Below, piece after piece: positions 56,483-64,000 of a stretch of 64,000 nt of DNA; within the stretch, counting starts at the first letter, position 1; every line of letters starts with the position of its first letter. Source of the DNA: Oscillospiraceae bacterium (GTDB taxonomy: Bacteria; Bacillota; Clostridia; Oscillospirales; Ruminococcaceae); contig SVMW01000003.1 in the NCBI GenBank assembly GCA_015067215.1, positions 6,682 through 70,681 of the forward strand, in the 5' to 3' direction. The translations under genes were made by a program, and so were the position numbers. The notes below the pieces were generated by a model. The model made no database searches and had not been told where the DNA came from. It saw only the letters and a list, made by a program, of their open reading frames with translations.

Positions 56483-57473
56483 GCTTTTTAAAGGTGGCAA
56501 GAGGGGAGCTTTTTGCCGCTTTTTTAATTGCTTCGTCAGAAATATGTGTGTAAATTTCTGTAGTCGAAACATGTTCGTGCCCTAATATTTCTTTTAATGC
56601 AAGCATATCGGCATTACCGGAACGGTATAATAATGTTGCTGCGGTATGACGAAGCTTATGAGTGGAAAAACCCATCTGACTTAAGCCGGAACGCTGAAGA
56701 CATTCTTCCACAACCTGTTCAATTCGTCTGGTTGACATACGTTTTTTAGTTCTCTTTGATATAAACAATGCAGGTTCAGAAGCAGGGGATACAATTGTAT
56801 TTCGGACATCAAGATAATCATTTACGGCCGAAATACAGGCGTTATTAAGATAAACAAAGCGTTCTTTGTTACCTTTACCGATAATTCTTAATACATCATT
56901 GTTAATGTCTTTGATATCTATGCCTGCCAGTTCAGACAAACGCATGCCACAGCTTAAAAATAACAGAATTATGCAGTAATCACGTTCTGAAAATGCACTT
57001 TGTGTATTATTTAACAATTCAATACTTTGTTCCAGGGACAGATATTTAGGCAACCTTTTTTTCATTGCAGGCATTTCGATATCATCGGTAGGATTGTTGT
57101 CCAGTTGATTTGTTTTACTTGTAAGATACTTGTAATATCCGCGCAGACTGCTCATTTTACGGGCGCGTGATGCAGCTGAGTTATTGCGTACGTTGGTTAC
57201 AAAATATAAGAATTCAAGTATATCTGTTTTGGAAATCTTTGAAATAAATTCAAGGTCAATACCTGAAATGTCAACTGCATCAATTGTATCATTATCGATA
57301 CAATTATTTCTGCGTTGAATCATATATCTGAAGAATAATTGTAAATCAATAAAATATCCTTCGACAGTACGTGCAGACAAACCTTTGATAGTCTGAGAAT
57401 AATAAAGAAATTCTTTAAGTACAGACGGAGCATTTGAATAATCAGAATAAATTTTAACAGAATTGTTAGCCAT
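56466..57473 (-). CDS. Tyrosine site-specific recombinase, XerC/XerD-like
   Basis: SAM-like N-domain. Catalytic R..HKLRHTAAT..LGHEHVSTTEIYTH (R-H-R-H-Y). Confidence 0.85.
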   Translation of the reverse strand: MANNSVKIYSDYSNAPSVLKEFLYYSQTIKGLSARTVEGYFIDLQLFFRYMIQRRNNCIDNDTIDAVDISGIDLEFISKISKTDILEFLYFVTNVRNNSAASRARKMSSLRGYYKYLTSKTNQLDNNPTDDIEMPAMKKRLPKYLSLEQSIELLNNTQSAFSERDYCIILLFLSCGMRLSELAGIDIKDINNDVLRIIGKGNKERFVYLNNACISAVNDYLDVRNTIVSPASEPALFISKRTKKRMSTRRIEQVVEECLQRSGLSQMGFSTHKLRHTAATLLYRSGNADMLALKEILGHEHVSTTEIYTHISDEAIKKAAKSSPLATFKKPKKQQ

Positions 57474-57581
57474 TGAATTAAACTCCTTAAATTAATTAAT
57501 AATATGTAAATTTCAACTGTGAACTATTGGAAACTGTATAATAAATGATATTATTGGAAATAGTGTTTTTTACTCCTCTGT

Positions 57582-57609
57582 ATTTCGCTAAATTTTTATT
57601 TAGCGAAAT
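57582..57609. repeat. Perfect 12-bp inverted repeat (hairpin), 4-nt loop
   Basis: ATTTCGCTAAAT-TTTT-ATTTAGCGAAAT. Confidence 0.6.
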
Positions 57610-57626
57610 TACTACAATAAAATAAT

Positions 57627-57667
57627 AGCACACTCCTCTCTTAAAATCAAGTAATTTGGAGTGTGCT
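57627..57667 (-). terminator. Probable terminator of the MFP-FtsX-DUF6873-like operon
   Basis: 10-bp stem AGCACACTCC/GGAGTGTGCT with a 21-nt loop, then a U-rich stretch on the minus strand. Lies 17 nt after the stop codon. Confidence 0.45.
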
Positions 57668-57683
57668 GTATAAATTTTATTTT

Positions 57684-58376
57684 TTACAGTTCTATAAGAC
57701 CGCCAATATCTGTTAACGGCATATTTTCAACATAATCTGTATTCAGTTTTAATTTGTCGCATAATTCTTTTATTTTTATATAGTCTGGATGCTGTTTTAT
57801 ATTTCCAAAAAATAATAATGTTTTATTGTTCGATAAATATGCTGATGCACCGCCTATAAAACCATAATTATATCCATCCAGTTTAACACAGCCTTTTTTT
57901 ATCAAAATACAATTTTTACCAGCACCTTTTAATGCAGCGCATATCCCCTCATCTTCAGTAATAAAGTTATCGTCAGGTAAAACTATTGTACTGCATTTTG
58001 TATAACCCTGTTTTACACTGATAATTTTCTTGTCTTTCTTAATAGAATATAAATTCATACATGTATCAGGATTACATATTATTGTTTGGCTGTTTAAAAC
58101 CATATTTAACCGGCATTCGGTTTTATATCCCGGTTTTAAATTTACAGTTGTGATATCGAAACCAAAAGTATTCAATAATCTGATATTATTATGCTGGCAA
58201 TCAGATATAAAAAGAGTATTATTGTTTGATTTGAGATATAAAACATCGGCGTGTGAATTTATAGGTTTGCTGACATTGGCAGATGGTTCTACGGGGATTA
58301 TTTTAAACCCGTATCCATTAAGTTTGTCGGTTATAGGTTTATATTGTGTGTTTATAATACAGTAATGTTCGTTCAT
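57684..58376 (-). CDS. Uncharacterised cytosolic protein (resembles DUF6873 / GME-pentein-fold family)
   Basis: 230 aa from the ATG at 58376, which shares TAATG with the permease stop. No TM segment and no Walker A motif. The family assignment is from memory only. Confidence 0.45.
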   Translation of the reverse strand: MNEHYCIINTQYKPITDKLNGYGFKIIPVEPSANVSKPINSHADVLYLKSNNNTLFISDCQHNNIRLLNTFGFDITTVNLKPGYKTECRLNMVLNSQTIICNPDTCMNLYSIKKDKKIISVKQGYTKCSTIVLPDDNFITEDEGICAALKGAGKNCILIKKGCVKLDGYNYGFIGGASAYLSNNKTLLFFGNIKQHPDYIKIKELCDKLKLNTDYVENMPLTDIGGLIEL

Positions 58377-59584
58377 TATTCCCTGTTCAAAGCTTTGATT
58401 GGTGGCATTTTTGCTGCTCTGCAGCTGGGTAAAAAGCTGAAAAATGTTGTCAGAATTATTGTAGCAGAAACACTTATGCCAATCAAGCCGATATCTACAG
58501 TAATCTTCCACGGAATAAATAACATTAATATTTTAAATACTATATACATAAACAATACTGCTGCAATAATTCCAACCATACATGACATTACAGCTGATAA
58601 TAAAAACTCAGAAATAATATTTAAACTTCCCGCCCCCATACTCATTTTTATACCGATATCTTTTTGTTTTGATATTACTGCAGTGTTTACGCTTGCAGCC
58701 ACAGAAAGGCTGCATACAACAACAGCTACACAGGAGACAATAAAAAGTGACAAAAAAGCGGTATCGGTTATTCTTATAATCTGTTCTTTTTGGTTTGAGA
58801 GGTCGGTAATATTAATTATGCTGTTACTGTATCTGTGGTCAGATTCTATTATATTGTTTTTAAAATTATTATTTGAAACTTCTGTATTGTTACTGGTAAA
58901 TATGACCTGATCAAAAGCAGGCTTGGAAGAAAGGTTCATCATTGTTGAATAAGGAATGTAGATGAAATCAGGTATAACATCGCCTGTGATACTGTTAAGA
59001 ACATTACTGTTTTTGTGGATAGTGCCTATTATTGTAAATTCAGTTGTGTTATTATCAATATTTACTTTTATTTTTTTGCCATAAATATTATTGCGTCTGT
59101 AAGCGGTATATGCAATTTTTTCATCTACAAGACATACTCTGGAATTGCTGCATATATCATTTTGATTTATCATTCTTCCATCAATAACTTCTAAAGATAT
59201 TACATCGGTAACTTTGTCATTAATTCCCCAGCACATTGCTGGCACAGATAAATTATTGGAAAAGGTTAATGAAACATTTGATGTTATTACGGGTGTTGCG
59301 CTTCTGGTTTCATTGAGGCTGCTTATATTATTATAAAATTTTGTATCAGTTATATTTTCTCCTTTGCTGTTATAAACAACCGCTGCCATTCCGTTTAATC
59401 CGATTGAGTTCATTTCCTCGGTCATAATCTGTTTACCGATTTCTGATACAGCTGAAACACTTACTGATGCAATAACCGAAATGGCAACTGTAAAAATTGC
59501 AGTTTTAAAAGGTGAAATATTGTTTTTAATTTTGTAAATGCAGTTGTTCAGTATCATATTTAAGCAATACATTCCCTTTTCCAT
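58376..59584 (-). CDS. ABC-transporter permease, FtsX/MacB type
   Basis: TM1, about 230-aa extracytoplasmic domain, three C-terminal TM segments, terminal PSCRAAKMPPIKALNRE signature. Start is uncertain (59584, 59572 or 59557). Confidence 0.8.
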   Translation of the reverse strand: MEKGMYCLNMILNNCIYKIKNNISPFKTAIFTVAISVIASVSVSAVSEIGKQIMTEEMNSIGLNGMAAVVYNSKGENITDTKFYNNISSLNETRSATPVITSNVSLTFSNNLSVPAMCWGINDKVTDVISLEVIDGRMINQNDICSNSRVCLVDEKIAYTAYRRNNIYGKKIKVNIDNNTTEFTIIGTIHKNSNVLNSITGDVIPDFIYIPYSTMMNLSSKPAFDQVIFTSNNTEVSNNNFKNNIIESDHRYSNSIINITDLSNQKEQIIRITDTAFLSLFIVSCVAVVVCSLSVAASVNTAVISKQKDIGIKMSMGAGSLNIISEFLLSAVMSCMVGIIAAVLFMYIVFKILMLFIPWKITVDIGLIGISVSATIILTTFFSFLPSCRAAKMPPIKALNRE

Positions 59585-60485
59585 TGTAATTGTTTTTTAT
59601 AAATAAAGTGTTATCATCAAACGCAGTAAGAATTTCGGTATAATTCAATTCTTCAGCACCTGTTTCAATATAGTGTTTTGTTATTTTTCCGTTATTGAAA
59701 ATGTTTACAAACTCACCGTTTTCATCCTGGTTTATATATTCATAAGGCAGGGTGTAAATTGATTTAGCGGAATTTTTCAATATTTTTCCTGAAAATTGAA
59801 GACCGCTGACAAGCTTGTCATCAGCGTTTTGTATAGTAGCGTAAATATCGACAACTGTTTTTGTACCTGTCAAAGAATTTTCTTTCCTTATCAGTGCAGT
59901 TTTGTTGCTGATTTTTCCGTAATACACTCTTGAAGGCATGATAAGCGGTGAAAAACGGACATTATCTCCTACCGAAACCAGTGAATAATCATCCTGATTC
60001 AATGTTATTTTCAGCAACAGTTCATCTCCTGTACTGATTACACATAAATTTTCATCTGACAGTATTACTGAGCCGTTTTCAGCGGTAAGCTGAGAGATAT
60101 ATCCGCTTTCTGTTGCGTATATATTTTCTGACATAGATAAAAATATGCTTTTATCTGCAGAGGAATAAGCTTCGGTATATTCTGACAAGTAATTGTTTTT
60201 TAAAGCATTTTCCATCATCTCAAGGTCAAGCGTAAAAATTAACTGTCCTTTATTTACATAGTCGTTTTCAGAAATATGGCATTCTTTTATGCATACTGGA
60301 TATGATAAACTTACAGGTATAGTTTCACCTGATTCAATAGTACCATTAACTTCAAGCACAGGACTGTATTTTCTTTTTGTAATATGTGTTGCTTCAACAA
60401 TCTGAATATCTGAAAAAATTATCAGGGGCAAAAACAACAGTATAAAAGTTATTATCAGACATAATACAGACAACTTTTTTCGCAT
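59526..60485 (-). CDS. HlyD/MFP-family periplasmic adaptor
   Basis: Signal-anchor, lipoyl-type hairpin (..VNKGQLIFTLD..), beta-barrel region. ATG at 60485 with GAGGTG RBS. Confidence 0.7.
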   Translation of the reverse strand: MRKKLSVLCLIITFILLFLPLIIFSDIQIVEATHITKRKYSPVLEVNGTIESGETIPVSLSYPVCIKECHISENDYVNKGQLIFTLDLEMMENALKNNYLSEYTEAYSSADKSIFLSMSENIYATESGYISQLTAENGSVILSDENLCVISTGDELLLKITLNQDDYSLVSVGDNVRFSPLIMPSRVYYGKISNKTALIRKENSLTGTKTVVDIYATIQNADDKLVSGLQFSGKILKNSAKSIYTLPYEYINQDENGEFVNIFNNGKITKHYIETGAEELNYTEILTAFDDNTLFIKNNYNGKGNVLLKYDTEQLHLQN

Positions 60486-60492
60486 AAAAAAC

Positions 60493-60536
60493 ACCTCATT
60501 TATCTTTCAAATAATTATTGATAAGATAAATGAGGT
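60493..60536 (-). terminator. radA terminator hairpin whose 3' arm carries the MFP gene's SD
   Basis: On the minus strand: ACCTCATTTATC, 20-nt loop, GATAAATGAGGT, then G, TTTTTT, ATG. Confidence 0.55.
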
Positions 60537-60543
60537 TTAATCA

Positions 60544-61917
60544 TTAAATCAGGCTTATAGCCTGCCGTATATTATTTACACCGTATATTTCAAGGTTATA
60601 GTCAGCTGTATTGATTTTTGTCATGCAATGATATGGAATAACTGCACGTTTAAATCCAAGACGCTCAATTTCTTTTAAACGGGAATCAATGTTGGTTACT
60701 GCCCTTACTTCCCCGCCAAGTCCTACCTCGCCAATTACAACAAGGTCGGCAGGAATTGATTTTTTGCCAAGACCTGAAATAACACTGAGAATAACTGCAA
60801 GGTCAATTGAAGTTTCATCAAGTTCCAGTCCACCGACAACATTTACATAAATGTCAAGGTTTTGCATATAATATCCTGCACGTTTTTCCATAACAGCAAG
60901 CAGAAGGTTAAGTCTGTTGTAATCAATACCGCTGGAGGCACGGCGTGGTGTACCAAAACCGGTTTTTGTTGCGAGAGCCTGAATTTCGGTCAGAATCGGG
61001 CGTGTACCTTCAATTACACAGGTAACACAGCTTCCGCTTACAGAGGTGCTCCTGCCCTCTAAAAGCAACATAGACGGGTTTGTGATTTCAACAATACCTT
61101 TTGTTGTCATATCAAACATGCCGATTTCGTTAGTGGAACCATATCTGTTTTTGCTTGCACGCAAAATTTTGTATGGCAATGTTTTATCACCTTCAAAATA
61201 TAAAACAGTATCAACTATATGTTCCATCACCTTAGGGCCTGCAATTGCACCATCCTTGTTTACATGTCCAACTATAAAAAGAGATGTGTTACAGCGTTTT
61301 GCGGTGTTAAGCAGAAGTGCCGTGGATTCCCTTACCTGAGACACACTGCCCGGACTGGAAGAAATTTCTGAATAGTTCATTGTCTGGATGGAGTCAATAA
61401 CCATTACATCCGGATGATGTTCTTCCATGCTGTTACAGATTGACAGCACATCGGTTTCACTTGCAATAGCGATGTTTTTACCGTCAATGCCGAGGCGGTT
61501 TGCTCGCAGTTTTATCTGGTTGACAGATTCTTCACCGCTGATATAAACAACTTTATATCTGTTGCATATATTGCCGCATATCTGAAGCAATAATGTTGAT
61601 TTACCGGCACCCGGTTCACCACCGATAAGCATACCGGCACCTTGAACAATACCACCGCCAAGCACACGGTCAAGTTCACTTATACCTGTTTTTATTCTGA
61701 TATGGTTATCATCTGCATCAACATCATCAAGCTGCTGAAAGCTGATTTTTCCCGAAGCAGGTAAAACCGCTCCTTTTTTGTTAGATGCAATTTGCTGAAC
61801 AACAACATCTTCTTCAATTGTGTTCCAGGCTTTACATGTTGAGCACTGCCCCTGCCATTTGTGATATGTTTCTCCGCATTCAGAACATATATATACTGTT
61901 TTAAACTTTTCTTTCAT
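60544..61917 (-). CDS. radA: DNA repair protein RadA/Sms
   Basis: Zn ribbon CSECG..C..C, Walker A GEPGAGKST, KNRYG motif, Lon-like C-terminal domain. ATG at 61917 with GAGG RBS. Confidence 0.95.
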   Translation of the reverse strand: MKEKFKTVYICSECGETYHKWQGQCSTCKAWNTIEEDVVVQQIASNKKGAVLPASGKISFQQLDDVDADDNHIRIKTGISELDRVLGGGIVQGAGMLIGGEPGAGKSTLLLQICGNICNRYKVVYISGEESVNQIKLRANRLGIDGKNIAIASETDVLSICNSMEEHHPDVMVIDSIQTMNYSEISSSPGSVSQVRESTALLLNTAKRCNTSLFIVGHVNKDGAIAGPKVMEHIVDTVLYFEGDKTLPYKILRASKNRYGSTNEIGMFDMTTKGIVEITNPSMLLLEGRSTSVSGSCVTCVIEGTRPILTEIQALATKTGFGTPRRASSGIDYNRLNLLLAVMEKRAGYYMQNLDIYVNVVGGLELDETSIDLAVILSVISGLGKKSIPADLVVIGEVGLGGEVRAVTNIDSRLKEIERLGFKRAVIPYHCMTKINTADYNLEIYGVNNIRQAISLI

Positions 61918-61995
61918 TAAAATATCCTCAAAGCACATTAACAACTGCTAGTTGTATTTTATGATATTATATATTTTTTGTCAATATATATATGT

Positions 61996-62041
61996 TAAAA
62001 ACAGGATTTACAGATATTGCATCTGTAAATCCTGTTTTTTT
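61996..62041. terminator. Bidirectional rho-independent terminator
   Basis: 15-bp perfect stem ACAGGATTTACAGAT/ATCTGTAAATCCTGT, 5-nt loop, flanking A-run and T-run. Confidence 0.8.
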
Positions 62042-62249
62042 ATTCGTCTTTTTTATATTCCAGAATGTCACCAGGCTGACAGTCCAGAACTTCACATATA
62101 GCTTCCAGTGTAGAAAAACGGATTGCACTTACCTTGCCTGTTTTAAGTTTTGAAAGGTTAACATTTGCAACTCCAACCTTTTCTGACAACTCTTTCAATG
62201 ACATTTTTCTGTCTGCCATCACACGGTCGAGTCTTAAAATAATAGGCAT
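62040..62249 (-). CDS. Small XRE/Cro-type HTH regulator (YozG-like)
   Basis: 69 aa. LDRVMADRKMSLKELSEKVGV..NLSKLKTGK..IRFSTLEAICEVLDCQPGDILEY. Confidence 0.85.
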   Translation of the reverse strand: MPIILRLDRVMADRKMSLKELSEKVGVANVNLSKLKTGKVSAIRFSTLEAICEVLDCQPGDILEYKKDE

Positions 62250-62264
62250 TTTACCACCTCTTTG

Positions 62265-62975
62265 TTACAATGTTTCATCAGATTCCTCTTGCAGCATTGT
62301 ACCATAATTAAATATAGCCGCCAAAAGGAAAATCAATATCACAAGAATAACAGTCATCAGGTCAATACCCACAACAATATCAATGTTACCTGTCATCATT
62401 GAATTTGTTATAGATTCTGTGACTGACTGCAAAAGTGCCATTGGAATGATTGATATTGCAAGATTTTTGATTGCTTTTACGATATCTTCCGTAAACGGAG
62501 TTGAACAGTATTGAAATTTTTTACAGAGTATACCAATAAAATGAATAACTGCCAATGCTGATATCATAAAGATAATTACCGGTATAAGAAACCATTTAAA
62601 ACTGCTTATATCAATTTTATAGCTTTCTGCTTCTGCATACATATTTATTATATTTCCGTTATGTTCAAGTTCTGAAACAATATATGCAACATCATTGATA
62701 TCCCATTTAACCGACAAATCACTGCTGTCTTTATCAATATGTACTTCATCACCAAAATTAATTATTTCAATTAACGGCATATTATCGGTATTAACAGTGA
62801 TAACGGCATCCCCTGACATATTGAATGTTACAAAGTCTTTAGGTATAAATGACATCAAAACTGTTCCTACTATACACCCAATAAGACCTATTATCATAAT
62901 AATCTTTGCAATCTTGCTTATTATATTTCCTGCCTTACCAATTTTGTTTATTTTGGAAATAACTTTGTTTTTCAT
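62265..62975 (-). CDS. Multi-pass membrane protein (DUF2975-like), partner of the small HTH
   Basis: 236 aa, TM segments at the N-terminus, middle and C-terminus. The classic membrane protein + YozG-type HTH gene pair. RBS AGGAGGG. Confidence 0.6.
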   Translation of the reverse strand: MKNKVISKINKIGKAGNIISKIAKIIMIIGLIGCIVGTVLMSFIPKDFVTFNMSGDAVITVNTDNMPLIEIINFGDEVHIDKDSSDLSVKWDINDVAYIVSELEHNGNIINMYAEAESYKIDISSFKWFLIPVIIFMISALAVIHFIGILCKKFQYCSTPFTEDIVKAIKNLAISIIPMALLQSVTESITNSMMTGNIDIVVGIDLMTVILVILIFLLAAIFNYGTMLQEESDETL

Positions 62976-63015
62976 TTTGTTCCCTCCTGACTAATATATG
63001 AAATTCAATTATTAA

Positions 63016-63032
63016 TTAACGTTTATCGTTAA
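63016..63032. promoter_or_regulatory. Operator-like palindrome O1 (TTAACG-N5-CGTTAA)
   Basis: TTAACGTTTATCGTTAA. The extended 11-bp arms span 63011-63037. Lies immediately downstream of the -10 on the minus strand. Confidence 0.5.
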
Positions 63033-63036
63033 TTAA

Positions 63037-63065
63037 TATATATCATACATTTATACATTAGTCAA
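63037..63065 (-). promoter_or_regulatory. Sigma-A promoter of the DUF2975-HTH operon
   Basis: On the minus strand: TTGACT, 17-nt spacer, TGaTATATA. Confidence 0.55.
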
Positions 63066-63072
63066 GAAAAAA

Positions 63073-63089
63073 TTAATGTTTATCATTAA
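63073..63089. promoter_or_regulatory. Operator-like palindrome O2 (TTAATG-N5-CATTAA)
   Basis: TTAATGTTTATCATTAA, 7 nt upstream of the -35. Same central TTTAT as O1. Confidence 0.5.
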
Positions 63090-63114
63090 AAAAGCAGAGA
63101 AATTAGTTCTCTGC
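63088..63114 (-). terminator. Rho-independent terminator of the upstream membrane-protein gene
   Basis: 8-bp stem GCAGAGAA/TTCTCTGC, 5-nt loop, T6 on the minus strand. Confidence 0.6.
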
Positions 63115-63125
63115 TTTAAGTAAAT

Positions 63126-63992
63126 TTATTTGGTTATTATCATATTTGGCCAACGGTGTTCCATATATTCATCATCGTACTGCCAGTCGATAAATCTGTC
63201 AATTGTATTTTTCTGTTTCGGTTCAGACTGTCGTTCTGTATATCTGACCATAGCAGTTGCAGTAAGCATACAGTTGCAAAGCATAATCAATACGATAGTC
63301 CAGGTTATAATTTTGCCATAAATAGCAGGGAGTTTTTCTATTAAATTGCTCATTTTAGGATATATGATATTAATCCACACTACTGACAAAATACCCCATG
63401 CAATACAATACCACACATTTGTTCTGCCTCCTATATTTAAAGGCATTTCACTGTAATCCCAAAATACTGTACCAAACACAAGTTCGCTCAACACACTGCA
63501 GAAATACTCATATACACCGCCAATTACAAAACCTGCAAGAAAAACTTTACGGTCTTTGCCTGCAAATTTTTGCAATGTTACTGTCAGCAATACTGCTCCT
63601 GCACCCCATACTACACTGAAAGGGCCATAAAGCAAACTGGAACGGTTCATCCAGAAACCGTCCAAAGCATAACAGTAAACCATTTCAATCAAAGCACCTA
63701 GTATTGAAGAAATAAGAAATACCCATATCAATTTATCAAAAGATATTCCTTTTGCAAAGATATATTCTTTATCAGAGTGCTTTTTTGAATATATTCCTGG
63801 ATATGCTTTATTCAGTCTTGCACAAATTGAATTTTTAATTTTTTCTGCTATTTTTTTTGTTAATGTCAGATTTTTGCTGTTTATATTCTGACCATGCCCT
63901 GTTCTCATAGCATAAATAGTACAACAAAAATCCGTCATAACGGCTATGCCGAAAATTAACGCAATTACAGTTACAATAATATCGGATAACAA
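63126..63992 (-). CDS. Polytopic membrane protein (PF06541-like 'putative ABC-transporter type IV' family); 5' end possibly beyond the window
   Basis: Seven or eight hydrophobic segments, LLYGPFSVVWGAGAVLL motif. The frame stays open upstream of the TTG at 63992 to the window edge. Confidence 0.55.
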   Translation of the reverse strand: MLSDIIVTVIALIFGIAVMTDFCCTIYAMRTGHGQNINSKNLTLTKKIAEKIKNSICARLNKAYPGIYSKKHSDKEYIFAKGISFDKLIWVFLISSILGALIEMVYCYALDGFWMNRSSLLYGPFSVVWGAGAVLLTVTLQKFAGKDRKVFLAGFVIGGVYEYFCSVLSELVFGTVFWDYSEMPLNIGGRTNVWYCIAWGILSVVWINIIYPKMSNLIEKLPAIYGKIITWTIVLIMLCNCMLTATAMVRYTERQSEPKQKNTIDRFIDWQYDDEYMEHRWPNMIITK

Positions 63993-64000
63993 TACATTTA

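Noticed and set aside
56466-57473. The tyrosine recombinase as the integrase of a mobile element covering the AT-rich cluster.
   Set aside because: I could find no flanking direct repeats, no tRNA target, and no excisionase, phage or conjugation genes. The catalytic and N-terminal motifs look XerC/D-like. It is kept as a chromosomal recombinase, and the island idea is mentioned only as a possibility.
57545-57625. 26-codon hydrophobic ORF (MILLEIVFFTPLYFAKFLFSEITTIK) in the spacer.
   Set aside because: It has no Shine-Dalgarno and runs through the hairpin on the strand opposite to all neighbouring genes. It is most likely a chance ORF.
1-64000. CRISPR arrays, tRNA/rRNA genes, IS elements, riboswitches (for example preQ1 near queA/tgt, or a T-box).
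   Set aside because: No spaced direct-repeat array was seen. No intergenic region is long or structured enough for these elements apart from those listed. The queA upstream region shows only a terminator. A covariance-model scan would be needed to exclude small RNAs.

Overview
Densely coding, low-GC Firmicutes (Clostridia-type) chromosomal segment. PolC, SepF/DivIVA and a SpoIVFB-like protease all point to that lineage. No rRNA, tRNA, CRISPR array or recognisable transposon or prophage was seen. About 80% is conserved housekeeping: ispG'-polC; uvrB-uvrA; miaB-ymcA-mutS-mutL-miaA; the division-cluster tail (HlyD-like, ylmE/yggS, sepF, ylmH, divIVA) followed by lspA-rluD; a split transketolase; a large GHL10+amidase wall protein; an M23 peptidase plus mini-M50 protease pair; a radical-SAM TIGR03960/TIGR03936 pair; rplS-lepB-ylqF-rnhB-yraN; queA-tgt-yajC; and radA. 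Six regions deserve a second look. (1) An AraC-controlled glucuronide/hexuronate locus at 42.8-52.8 kb has no mannonate dehydratase, KDPG aldolase or transporter in the window, but embeds gnd, a HAD phosphatase and a LarA-superfamily (nickel-pincer type) protein. This suggests a mannonate->gluconate->6-P-gluconate->Ru5P bypass. (2) An XRE HTH regulator is fused to a complete but active-site-altered desulfoferrodoxin module. (3) An AT-rich, translationally coupled MFP / FtsX-permease / small cytosolic protein cluster has no ABC ATPase and sits beside a Xer-like recombinase. (4) Two intrinsic-terminator hairpins carry the Shine-Dalgarno of the next gene in their 3' arm. (5) A DUF2975-XRE operon has two 17-bp palindromic operators bracketing its promoter. 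(6) An APH(3')-like kinase gene starts 1 nt after polC. All functional calls come from motif recognition by eye; no database search was run.
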